Below, one piece after another: positions 1 to 8,407 of a stretch of 19,118 bases of DNA. A model generated the notes under the pieces. It was not told where the DNA came from. It did no database searches and worked only from the letters and a program-made list of their open reading frames with translations. Position 1 is the first letter of the stretch, and every line of letters begins with the position of its first letter. Location of the stretch: the NCBI GenBank assembly GCA_046758505.1, contig JBHIAH010000048.1, forward strand, positions 1-19,118. Direction: 5' to 3'. This DNA is from Candidatus Methylomirabilales bacterium (GTDB lineage Bacteria; Methylomirabilota; Methylomirabilia; Methylomirabilales; CSP1-5). The position numbers and the translations under genes were made by a program.

Positions 1-140
1 ATTGGCCTGCCTGGCTACAAACGGCGCCTGCGAGCGGAATGGGGTCAGGTCTTGAATCTTGACATTTCCCCCTTCCCACGTTCACCCGGACGCGACCCAA
101 GGCCTTTGGGGCGTGCCGCTCGTCCCCCGGCCGGGCTCCC

Positions 141-181
141 AAAACACAAAGCACCGGGGGGCCTCTGTGGTCCGCCCGGTG
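141..181 (-). terminator. Putative intrinsic terminator (minus strand)
   Basis: Stem CACCGGG/CCCGGTG (152-158/175-181) with an inner imperfect stem, followed on the minus strand by CTTTGTGTTTT. Confidence 0.45.
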
Positions 182-364
182 TCTCCATGCTTCCGGGTCG
201 TATCGACTCCATTTTCAACCCTACCGATAAGCACTCAACTCATCGCCATAACGTCGTAAATATGCGATGGTTTTTTGCCCCCCTTGTCAAGAGCTCGGCC
301 GGTAGCGTGAGGCGTCTCAGCCTCTCGCATTTGTGCGCCCGTAGGGTACTGATCTTGACGTGTC

Positions 365-829
365 CTACTCCTCCTCGACCGTCCCACTGTACTCGATGGC
401 GATGCCCCGGCGCACGCTCTGGGACGCGGGGCACCCCTTCTCGTGGACCTCGATGGCCCGCTCGGCCTCCCCGCGTTTGCCTGCCGGGACCTTCACATGA
501 TAGCGCACCGCGATCTTTGTGATCAACAGGTGCCCGTCGACCTTTTCAATAACGCCGTCAACCTCCGACCAGAGCTTGTCCGGCTGGGTCGGAATTTTCC
601 GTGCCGCTAGCGCCACGGCTAGCGTGCCCGTCATTCAGCCCGCGACGGCGGCAATCACATGGTCGAGCGTCGTCGGCAATTCCTCTTGCGGCTCGACCCC
701 GTAGAATTTCTTGACGCCGCCGTGGACCCCGTAGCGGACCGGCTCCGGAAATGACTCAATGTAGGCGCGCCGGACCGGACCCTTGTCTTTGACGATCTTG
801 ACCTTGGAGGTGTGGATCAGCTCTCCCAT
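365..829 (-). CDS. OsmC/Ohr-family peroxiredoxin-like protein, probable selenoprotein (in-frame TGA at 637-635 = Sec65), 154 aa
   Basis: ORFs 635..829 and 365..634 are in the same frame and separated only by one TGA (...LDHVIAAVAG-TGA-MTGTL...). GGAGG RBS lies upstream of ATG 829. TGA falls at the first conserved Cys of OsmC-like proteins, and the C-terminal CPAS matches the second Cys motif (CPVS-like). A hairpin follows the TGA. Confidence 0.85.
603..627 (-). promoter_or_regulatory. Candidate bacterial SECIS element
   Basis: mRNA after UGA reads AUGACGGGCA-CGCUAGC-CGUGGC-GCUAGCG-GC. This is a perfect 7-bp stem (605-611/618-624), extendable by 2 bp across a bulged A. The apical loop starts 17 nt after UGA and has G at its second position. 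Confidence 0.7.
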
Positions 830-923
830 CGTCTCCTCCCGTCGTGAGGGGTGTTGACCGCTGGCCTGGATGGCACGTATCCGTCACCGGTCGGGGCCTT
901 CGGCAGTCGGTGGTGGCCCTCAT

Positions 924-952
924 ACGCTACCAGGGGTGGCTGCGCGGGTCAA
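924..952 (-). promoter_or_regulatory. Putative sigma70 promoter for the OsmC-like gene
   Basis: Minus strand TTGACC (952-947), 17-nt spacer, TAGCGT (929-924), about 95 nt upstream of the start codon. Confidence 0.45.
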
Positions 953-1066
953 GGAAAACGTGGTTTGAATTTTTCGCTTTACACCACGACTGCCGATATG
1001 TTACCTACACGGAAAGGGAATATCCTGCCACTGGCCGTCCAGGCGACGCGTCGTGAAGGAGAACCC

Positions 1067-3154
1067 ATGAAGGGACACGAAGTTGCGCAGATCCGAAATG
1101 TGGGAATCGTCGCCCACGGGCAGGAGGGAAAGACCTCCTTGACGGAAGCGATCCTCTTTGACACCGGAGTGTTGACCCGCCTCGGGCGCGTCGAGGAAGG
1201 GAACACCACCACCGACTTTGACGAGGACGAGATCAAGCGGGGGATCACCGTCAGTGCGGCCGTCGCCTACACCGAGTGGAAAGGGGTAAAGTTCAATCTG
1301 ATCGATACGCCCGGCTTCTCCAACTTTCTGACCGATACGCGGATCTGCCTGCGGGTCGCCGATGTCGCTCTGATTCTGGTGGGCGCGGTAGACGGGGTCA
1401 AGGTCCAGACGGAAAAGGTCTGGGGATATGCGGAGGGGTACGGCCTGCCCGTGGTCTTCTTTGTCAACAAGATGGATCGGGAGCGGGCAGACCTCTTTCG
1501 GACCCTCGAGGATCTCCGCAAGGGCCTGAGTCCTGCGGCCGTCCCCTTGCAGATCCCCATCGGGGCCGAGGGGAGCTTCCGGGGCGTCGTGGACCTCTTG
1601 GGGATGAAGGCGTACACGGTTCAGGGGGGCGGGTCGGCAACGGTCAAGGAGGAGGAGGTCCCGTCTGAGCTTGCGGAGCAGGCGGCTGCGCTCCACAACG
1701 CCCTCGTCGAGGCCGTTGCGGAGTCGGACGACGCCCTGCTGGAACAGTATCTGGAGAGTGGGACCCTGACCCCCGAGGACCTCCACGCCGGACTGCGCCG
1801 TGCCATTGCCGCCCGGTGTCTCTTCCCGGTCCTCTGCGGCTCGGCAACCAAGAACATCGGCGTGCAGCCCCTCCTCGATGCTCTCATCCAGTGCTGTCCG
1901 TCCCCCCTGGATCGGCCGCCGGTGGAGGGGATAGAGAAGAAGTCGGGAGAGCGGGTCTCCAGGGCGACGCGGCTGGAGGAGCCGCTGACGGCCCTGGTCT
2001 TCAAGACCATCAGCGACCCCTACGCCGGCAAGATCAGCGTCTTCCGGGTGTATGCCGGGCAAGTGAAGGCCGATAGCAGTATCTATAACGCGACCAAGGG
2101 GGTCAAGGAGCGGATCGGACAGCTTTCTCTTCTGCGGGGAAAGCAGCAGACCCCGGTGGGGGCGGTGGGTCCGGGAGACATCGGGGCGGTGGTGAAACTG
2201 AAGGAGACCGGCACGGGCGATACGCTGTGTGACGAAAAATCCGCCATCCTACTCGAGCCGCTTCCGCTGTCGACCCCCTCGATCTCTTACGCGGTCGCCC
2301 CCAAGTCCAAGGGGGATGAGGAGAAGCTGTCCGGCGCCTTGAGCCGCCTCATGGACGAGGATCCGAGCCTCAAACTGGGCCGGGACCAGCAGACCAAGGA
2401 AACGATCGTCTCGGGCATGGGGAAGGTCCACCTGGAGGTGTCGCTGGACCGGCTCAAGCGAAAATTCGGGGTGGACGTCTTCATGAAGACCCCGCGTGTT
2501 CCCTACAAGGAGACCATCCGGGGGGTCGCCTCCGTTCAGGGGAAGTATAAGAAACAGACGGGAGGCCGGGGACAGTACGGCGATTGTTGGATCAAGGTGG
2601 AACCCTTGCCGCGGGGGGCCGGCTACGAGTTTGTCAATCAGATTGTCGGGGGGGTGATCCCGCGGCAATACATTCCCGCGGTGGAGAAGGGGATACTGGA
2701 GGCCATGGAGGGAGGCGTCTTGTCCGGCTATCCCGTCACCGACGTGAGGGTGTCCCTCTACGACGGCTCGTACCATACGGTGGACTCTTCGGAGATGGCC
2801 TTTAAGATCGCCGGCTCCCTCGCCTTGAAGAAGGCGGTGCAGCAGGCCACCCCGGTCCTCCTCGAGCCGATCATGACGGTGGAGGTGAGCGCGCCTGATG
2901 ATGCCATCGGGGACGTGATCGGCGATCTCAACTCACGGCGCGGGCGGGTGATGGGGGTCGAAGGCAAGAGTAAAAGCCAGGCCATCAAGGCGGTGGTCCC
3001 GCTGGCGGAGATGCTGGAGTACGCCCCTCACCTGCGCTCGCTGACGGGGGATCGCGGGGACTACACCATGGAGTTTTCTCATTTCGAAGAAGTGCCGGCT
3101 CACATCCAGGAGAAACTGGTGGCCGAGGCCAAAAAGGAAGAGCAGGGGGACTAG
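1067..3154 (+). CDS. fusA: Elongation factor G-like protein (EF-G2-type paralogue), 695 aa
   Basis: Motifs IRNVGIVAHGQEGKTS, RGITV, DTPGFSNF, NKMD, GMGKVHLE, KKQTGGRGQYG and GSYHTVDSSEMAF. Start moved from 851 to ATG 1067, which follows an AAGGAG RBS. The gene is not in an rpsL-rpsG-fusA-tuf context. Confidence 0.92.
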   Translation: MKGHEVAQIRNVGIVAHGQEGKTSLTEAILFDTGVLTRLGRVEEGNTTTDFDEDEIKRGITVSAAVAYTEWKGVKFNLIDTPGFSNFLTDTRICLRVADVALILVGAVDGVKVQTEKVWGYAEGYGLPVVFFVNKMDRERADLFRTLEDLRKGLSPAAVPLQIPIGAEGSFRGVVDLLGMKAYTVQGGGSATVKEEEVPSELAEQAAALHNALVEAVAESDDALLEQYLESGTLTPEDLHAGLRRAIAARCLFPVLCGSATKNIGVQPLLDALIQCCPSPLDRPPVEGIEKKSGERVSRATRLEEPLTALVFKTISDPYAGKISVFRVYAGQVKADSSIYNATKGVKERIGQLSLLRGKQQTPVGAVGPGDIGAVVKLKETGTGDTLCDEKSAILLEPLPLSTPSISYAVAPKSKGDEEKLSGALSRLMDEDPSLKLGRDQQTKETIVSGMGKVHLEVSLDRLKRKFGVDVFMKTPRVPYKETIRGVASVQGKYKKQTGGRGQYGDCWIKVEPLPRGAGYEFVNQIVGGVIPRQYIPAVEKGILEAMEGGVLSGYPVTDVRVSLYDGSYHTVDSSEMAFKIAGSLALKKAVQQATPVLLEPIMTVEVSAPDDAIGDVIGDLNSRRGRVMGVEGKSKSQAIKAVVPLAEMLEYAPHLRSLTGDRGDYTMEFSHFEEVPAHIQEKLVAEAKKEEQGD

Positions 3155-3270
3155 TGCCGCTCCAACGTATTGCCCCGACCACCGTCAGGAAGTCAGCAAG
3201 CCTCCTGGTGTTGGCATCGGACACCTCTACCGGGTGAGGAAAGGTAGAACGGCAGTAGGGAAAATTCTCC

Positions 3271-3299
3271 TTGCCTCTTGGTCGCCGCTATGCTATAAA
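3271..3299 (+). promoter_or_regulatory. Putative sigma70 promoter of the rimP-nusA-infB operon
   Basis: TTGCCT (3271-3276), 17-nt spacer, TATAAA (3294-3299) with an extended -10 TG at 3291-3292. Confidence 0.6.
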
Positions 3300-3307
3300 C
3301 AAAGAGT

Positions 3308-3338
3308 AAAGTGGGCCCGGGCCCACTTTCTTCTTTTC
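3308..3338 (+). promoter_or_regulatory. rimP-leader hairpin (terminator/attenuator-like)
   Basis: AAAGTGGGC-CCGG-GCCCACTTT is a perfect 9-bp stem followed by CTTCTTTTC. It lies between the promoter and the rimP start and resembles the conserved GTGGG...CCCAC hairpin seen upstream of rimP. Confidence 0.65.
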
Positions 3339-3351
3339 TGGGACGGAAAGA

Positions 3352-3819
3352 ATGGCCCCCGTCGACCCGGTGATTGAGCGGATCCGGGCCCTCGCCCTTC
3401 CCGTGGTCGAGGGCCAGGGAATGGAGCTTGTGGATGTGGTATTTCGTCGGGAGGCGCGGGGCTGGATGCTTCGCCTGTATCTGGACAAGCCGGGAGGGGT
3501 CACGGTCGAGGACTGCCGAGAGGTGAGCGAGCAGCTGTCTGATCTCTTGGACGTGGAAGAGCTCATCGAACATCCGTACACCCTGGAGGTTTCCTCACCC
3601 GGATTGGACCGCGTGCTCAGGACCCCAGGGGATTTCCTGCGGTTTGCGGGGCGGCGCGCCCGGATTCAAACGACGGCTCCGATCGGGGGGCAGCGGCGGT
3701 TTCATGGCCGCGTGGAGGGATACCGGGAAGGGATGGTGATCTTGCGGCAGGAGCAGGGCCCGACGCTGCTGATCCCCCTCGAGGCGATCGCGAAGGCCCG
3801 GCTTGAAGTCGAACTGTGA
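3352..3819 (+). CDS. rimP: Ribosome maturation factor RimP
   Basis: LRLYLDKPGGVTVEDC, YTLEVSSPGLDR motifs; position upstream of nusA. Confidence 0.96.
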   Translation: MAPVDPVIERIRALALPVVEGQGMELVDVVFRREARGWMLRLYLDKPGGVTVEDCREVSEQLSDLLDVEELIEHPYTLEVSSPGLDRVLRTPGDFLRFAGRRARIQTTAPIGGQRRFHGRVEGYREGMVILRQEQGPTLLIPLEAIAKARLEVEL

Positions 3820-3821
3820 AT

Positions 3822-3911
3822 GGTTCATGGTGCAGGGTTCACGGTTCAGGGATAAGAGGACTTTTTTCTCGTCAATATCGGCCCTGAACTATGAACCATG
3901 AACTATGAACT
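3822..3911. repeat. Inverted pair of heptamer tandem arrays (GGTTCAN x4 ... NTGAACY x4)
   Basis: ggttcat ggtgcag ggttcac ggttcag at 3822-3849, and ctgaact atgaacc atgaact atgaact at 3884-3911. Confidence 0.85.
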
Positions 3912-3933
3912 CGACGGAGGGAGATAGATCACG

Positions 3934-5268
3934 GTGGATCTGATCCAGGTCATTGAGCAAATCGGACGAGAAAAAGGCATCGAGCGGGACGTGCTGATCG
4001 ATGCCGTGGGTGCGGCGATCCTATCGGCCTCTCGGAAGACCTTGGGGACCCTGTCGGATCTCCGGGTCGACTTCGATCAGGGCGCCGGGCAGTTTGTCCT
4101 GTACACCGTGAAAAAGGTGGTCGAGGAGGTGACCAATCCCCGCACCGAGATTACGCTCGAGGAGGCCCGCCGCCACCAGCCGGGGCTGGAACTGGGGGAC
4201 GAGTTCCGGGTCGAGGTTCAACCGCGCGGGTTTGGACGCATTGCCGCCCAGACGGCCAAGCAGGTCATCATCCAACGGGTTCGGGAGGCGGAACGGGACA
4301 GTATCTTCCAAAGCTTTAAGAACCGCGAGGGGGAATTGATCACCGGGGTCGTGCAGCGCGTGGTGAAGGACAATGTCATCGTCAATGTGGGGAAGGCCGA
4401 AGCGATCCTGCCTCCGCGGGAGCAGCTCCATCGGGAGGACTACCGCCCCGGCGACCGGATTCGGTCCTATATCGTAGAGGTTAAGAAGGGGACCCGGGGA
4501 GCCACCGTCCTCGTGTCGCGGAGTCATCCGGGGATGCTGTTGAGGCTCTTTGAGGTCGAAGTGCCCGAGATCGAGGAGGGGATCGTCGAGATCAAAGGCG
4601 TGGCCCGGGAGCCGGGGGAACGGGCCAAGATTGCCGTTGTGTCCCGTGACAGCAATGTCGACCCGGTGGGGGCGTGCGTTGGATACCGGGGCTCACGGGT
4701 TCAGGTGGTTGTCCGGGAGTTGGGAGGCGAAAAGATTGATATCATCCCGTGGCGGGAGAATCCGGCCGACTTTGTGCGCAGTGCCCTGGCCCCTGCCGAG
4801 GTGCAGTCTGTGATGGTGGACGAGGAGAGTCATACGCTCCACGTGGTCGTGGCGGACGAGCAACTCTCGCTTGCCATCGGCAGGCGAGGGCAGAACGCTC
4901 GCCTGGCGGCCAAGCTGGTTGGGTGGAAGGTGGACATCAAGAGTCCTGCCGAGCTGGCCCGGCAGGCGGAGGAGAAGGCGGCGCGGGCCCGAGTGACCCT
5001 TGAGGAGCTGGCGGGGGTCTCTGGGATCGGCCCCAAGATCGCCGGGCGCTTGGTTGAAGCGGGCTTCGATACCCTGGAGCGGCTGAGGCGAGCGTCCGCG
5101 GAGGATCTGAGGGCCGTCAAGGGTATCGGGCCGAAGACCGCCGCGACGATCGTCACCACCATTCAGGACATCGCGGCCCGTCCCGTGGCTGACGTGGAGC
5201 CTGCGGCCACCCCATCCGAGGAGGCACCCCCTGAGGAAGCGGCGGTCGAGCCGGAGATCGCATCATGA
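3934..5268 (+). CDS. nusA: Transcription termination/antitermination factor NusA with C-terminal HhH repeats (start may be ATC at 3928)
   Basis: FGRIAAQTAKQVIIQ, S1 and KH domains (DPVGACVG, SLAIGRRGQNARLA), two HhH motifs (GVSGIGPK, AVKGIGPK). Confidence 0.97.
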   Translation: MDLIQVIEQIGREKGIERDVLIDAVGAAILSASRKTLGTLSDLRVDFDQGAGQFVLYTVKKVVEEVTNPRTEITLEEARRHQPGLELGDEFRVEVQPRGFGRIAAQTAKQVIIQRVREAERDSIFQSFKNREGELITGVVQRVVKDNVIVNVGKAEAILPPREQLHREDYRPGDRIRSYIVEVKKGTRGATVLVSRSHPGMLLRLFEVEVPEIEEGIVEIKGVAREPGERAKIAVVSRDSNVDPVGACVGYRGSRVQVVVRELGGEKIDIIPWRENPADFVRSALAPAEVQSVMVDEESHTLHVVVADEQLSLAIGRRGQNARLAAKLVGWKVDIKSPAELARQAEEKAARARVTLEELAGVSGIGPKIAGRLVEAGFDTLERLRRASAEDLRAVKGIGPKTAATIVTTIQDIAARPVADVEPAATPSEEAPPEEAAVEPEIAS

Positions 5269-5921
5269 TGGAAGGCAGAATGTCGAGCGGAGGAGCAAAA
5301 TCGCCGGAGCGAACCTGCGTGGGGTGTGGTCAGAGGCGAGGCCAGAGGGAGCTTCTTCGGTTCAGTGGCGGCCCGGCCGGACTCCAAGTCCATCTCGAAG
5401 GGGGGGCGGGGCGCGGGGCCTATTGCTGTCCCGACGCCGGCTGTCTGGAGCGGACCGTACAGCGAAAGGCCTTGCAGAGAGCCCTCGGAGCGGACCTTGA
5501 TCCGCTGAGTGTCCAGGGGCTCCGGGCGGGGATCCACCGGGCAGTGCTTCGAAAGGTCCACAGGCTCCTGGGCTTGGCTCGAAGGGCCAAAAGAATCGTG
5601 GCCGGGCCCAGGGCGGTGGCGGCCGCCCTTGCGACGGGTCGGGTTCGACTGCTTCTCTTCCATCACGATGTCTTCCCGCAGGGCGATAAACGGTTGGCGG
5701 AGGAGGCGGAGCGGCGAGGGGTGCCCGTGGTACGGGTGTTCTCCCGGGACGATCTGGAAGGGGCGATCGGGGCTCCTTCGCCAGGGGCGGTGGCACTCTT
5801 AGACGGCAGCTTTGCCGAAGGGATCCTCCGGACCTCGCGGTACTGGATTCCCTTCATGAGCGAGGAGAGACCGCTCGGCACGGGAGAGGAACGGCAGAGG
5901 GGAGGTGGGTGGCGTGGGTAA
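5265..5921 (+). CDS. YlxR (DUF448/RnpM)-L7Ae (YlxQ-like) fusion RNA-binding protein
   Basis: N-terminal PERTCVGC...GRGAYCC...CL is YlxR-like and C-terminal [14 protein letters not shown]...LEGAIG is L7Ae-like. It lies between nusA and infB. Start is 5265 (ATGA overlap with nusA) or 5280. Confidence 0.85.
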   Translation: MMEGRMSSGGAKSPERTCVGCGQRRGQRELLRFSGGPAGLQVHLEGGAGRGAYCCPDAGCLERTVQRKALQRALGADLDPLSVQGLRAGIHRAVLRKVHRLLGLARRAKRIVAGPRAVAAALATGRVRLLLFHHDVFPQGDKRLAEEAERRGVPVVRVFSRDDLEGAIGAPSPGAVALLDGSFAEGILRTSRYWIPFMSEERPLGTGEERQRGGGWRG

Positions 5922-8355
5922 CATCCGGGTGTACGAAGTGGCCAAGGAGCTCGGCCTGTCCAGCAAGGAGGCCGTCGAGCGCCTGGCCAAGGCTGGGTTC
6001 TCCGTGAAAAGCTCGAGCAGCTCGGTGGACGAGGCGAAAGCGCGGGCTGCCTTGTCCAAGGCGGAGGTCTCTCCAAAGAAGGTGTCCAAGAAGGCGACCA
6101 AGGGGACGTCTGCCGTGAAGGCCAAAGCACCCAAGCGGGCGAAAGAGGGCCTCGAAACGAAGCCGGGCCATGGGGCGGAGGCAGGGGCGAGACCGGCCCC
6201 TGCTCCGCCCAAGCCAGCCCCCGGGGTGAGGCCGCGACCGAAGGCCCCCCGCGCCGAAGAGGTGCCTCCCAGAAAAGAGATCACCTCTCCACTCCGGCCC
6301 CCGGAGAAAGAACCGGCGGCAGTCAAGGGGAAGCCTGCCCCACCGCCTTCCAAGGCAGCGGCCAAGCCTGCAGCGCCACCGGCTGCGAAACCTCCCCACG
6401 TTGAGGCCCGTCGTCCAGGGGCTCCCGTGGTGGAGAAGCCGAGTCGCGTGCCGGACCGGCCCGACCGCGTGGGACCAACGCCGTCCGTGCCCCCCCCCAA
6501 GGCCCCGGCACCCCCCAAGGCCCCGCCCCCACCACCCGAGCGCAGGGAACCGGTGGCGCCTCCGGTTCCGAAAGTGGTCAAGGTAGCCGAGACGATTACC
6601 GTGAAGGAGCTCAGCGAGAAATTGGCGACGAGCTCGAGTGAGATCATCAAGAAATTGATGAAGATGGGGATCATGGCCACCGTCAACCAGAGCCTGAACC
6701 CCGAAGTGGTCAAGCAACTCGCAGGCAAGCTCGGCTTCGATGTCGAGGTGGCCCCGGTTGAGGAAGTGGAGGAGGTCGTTGCCGAAGTCGAGGATCCGAC
6801 CCAGCTTCGCTTCAGGCCACCCGTGGTCACGGTGATGGGGCATGTGGACCACGGGAAGACCTCGCTCCTGGACGCGATCCGACATACCGATGTCATCGCC
6901 GAGGAGGTGGGGGGCATCACCCAGCATATCGGTGCCTGTGAGGTGGAACTCCCTCCGGATCCCGGGACGAAGTTTCCCGGGGGCCGCGTGGTCTTCCTGG
7001 ATACGCCTGGGCATGAAGCCTTCACCGCGATGCGGGCGCGGGGGGCCCACGTGACCGATGTTGTCGTGCTCGTGGTGGCCGCGGATGACGGGGTCATGCC
7101 CCAGACGGTTGAGGCCATCAACCACGCGAAGGAGGCGAATGTTCCGATGCTGGTGGCGATCAACAAGATCGATAAGCCGGGCGCGGATCCCAACCGGGTG
7201 AAACAGCAGCTGACCGAATACGGGCTGATCCCGGAGGACTGGGGAGGGCAGACCATCTTTGTGGAGGTTTCGGCCAAGAAGCGGGTCGGCATCGAGCATC
7301 TCCTGGAGATGCTCCTCCTCCAGGCGGAGATTATGGAGCTGAAGGCCAATCCCTTCAGACCGGCCAAGGGGGTGGCGATCGAAGCAAAGCTCGACCGGGG
7401 CCGGGGACCAGTCGCCACCGTCCTTGTGCAACAGGGGACGCTCAGGGGTGGGGATGTCTTCGTGTTGGGGAATACATACGGACGGGTCCGCGCCTTGGTC
7501 AATGACAAGGGGCGGAAGGTGCAGGAAGCCGGGCCGTCCACCCCCGTGGAGGTCCTGGGCCTTTCCGGTGTCCCGGCGGCGGGGGACACCTTGGCGGTGG
7601 TGGGTGATGAGCGAAAGGCCCGGCAGGTCGCCTTGATCAGACGGCAGCAGCAGCGGGACGACGTCTTTGCCGCTCAGCGCCGACTGACGCTCGAGGACCT
7701 CCACCAGCGAATCAAGGAGGGAGAGGTGAAGGAGCTCCGCCTCATCCTCAAGGGGGACGTCCAGGGCTCGATCGAGCCGCTCAGGGAATCACTGGAGCGG
7801 CTGAGCGCCCCGGAGATTCAGTTGAAGGTAATCCATGCGGGCGTGGGAGGGATCAGTGAGTCGGATGTGATGCTTGCCTCCGCCTCGAATGCGATCGTCC
7901 TGGGGTTTAATGTCCGCCCCGATCCGAAAGCCCAGCGGGTGGCGGAGCAGGTGGGAGTGGAGGTCCGGGTCTACACGGTGATCTATGATGCGGTCGCCGA
8001 GATCAGGGAGGCGATGGAAGGAATGCTCGAGCTGCAGTATGTTGAGCGGACCATGGGCCGGGCCGAGGTCCGGGCGACCTTCGGTGTCCCCCGGCTCGGA
8101 ACGGTGGCCGGCTGCTACGTCAGCGAGGGGAAGGTGCTCCGGGATGCCGCCATGCGTCTCATCCGCGATAGCCGGGTGGTCCATCAGGGCAAGATTGCCT
8201 CGCTCCGTCGCTTCAAGGACGATGTCCGCGAGGTGCAGAGTGGTTATGAGTGCGGCATCGGTCTCTTGAACTTCAGCGACATCAAGGTGGGGGACATCAT
8301 CGAGGTGTACGAGCTCACGCCGGTGGCCCCCACCCTGCAACCGACGCATGGGTGA
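5914..8355 (+). CDS. infB: Translation initiation factor IF-2
   Basis: [12 protein letters not shown]-terminal domain, Pro/Ala/Lys-rich linker, [38 protein letters not shown]. Start set at GTG 5914, 8 nt after GGAGG (5901-5905). Confidence 0.97.
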   Translation: MGNIRVYEVAKELGLSSKEAVERLAKAGFSVKSSSSSVDEAKARAALSKAEVSPKKVSKKATKGTSAVKAKAPKRAKEGLETKPGHGAEAGARPAPAPPKPAPGVRPRPKAPRAEEVPPRKEITSPLRPPEKEPAAVKGKPAPPPSKAAAKPAAPPAAKPPHVEARRPGAPVVEKPSRVPDRPDRVGPTPSVPPPKAPAPPKAPPPPPERREPVAPPVPKVVKVAETITVKELSEKLATSSSEIIKKLMKMGIMATVNQSLNPEVVKQLAGKLGFDVEVAPVEEVEEVVAEVEDPTQLRFRPPVVTVMGHVDHGKTSLLDAIRHTDVIAEEVGGITQHIGACEVELPPDPGTKFPGGRVVFLDTPGHEAFTAMRARGAHVTDVVVLVVAADDGVMPQTVEAINHAKEANVPMLVAINKIDKPGADPNRVKQQLTEYGLIPEDWGGQTIFVEVSAKKRVGIEHLLEMLLLQAEIMELKANPFRPAKGVAIEAKLDRGRGPVATVLVQQGTLRGGDVFVLGNTYGRVRALVNDKGRKVQEAGPSTPVEVLGLSGVPAAGDTLAVVGDERKARQVALIRRQQQRDDVFAAQRRLTLEDLHQRIKEGEVKELRLILKGDVQGSIEPLRESLERLSAPEIQLKVIHAGVGGISESDVMLASASNAIVLGFNVRPDPKAQRVAEQVGVEVRVYTVIYDAVAEIREAMEGMLELQYVERTMGRAEVRATFGVPRLGTVAGCYVSEGKVLRDAAMRLIRDSRVVHQGKIASLRRFKDDVREVQSGYECGIGLLNFSDIKVGDIIEVYELTPVAPTLQPTHG

Positions 8356-8407
8356 TCGGAGGCCGCGCGGTCGAGGTCGGGGAGCGGGTCGCGGTGAACC
8401 GGAGACG

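Noticed and set aside
52..522. 156-aa + strand ORF and other short ORFs at the left end
   Set aside because: Pro/Arg-rich with no recognisable motif or RBS, and it overlaps the OsmC-like gene antisense.
365..829. Reading the OsmC-like locus as a pseudogene or as two separate genes
   Set aside because: The single stop is TGA at the catalytic Cys position with a SECIS-like hairpin after it, and there is no other sign of decay.
851..1066. 72-aa N-terminal extension of the EF-G ORF
   Set aside because: EF-G homology and an AAGGAG RBS point to ATG 1067. The extension covers the divergent promoter region.
6180..6570. Short DNA repeats such as CCCCCCAAGGCCCC in infB
   Set aside because: They encode the ordinary Pro/Ala/Lys low-complexity linker of IF-2.
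5799..7704. Long minus-strand ORFs (596 and 616 aa) opposite infB
   Set aside because: Antisense shadow ORFs expected in GC-rich coding DNA; no protein motifs.
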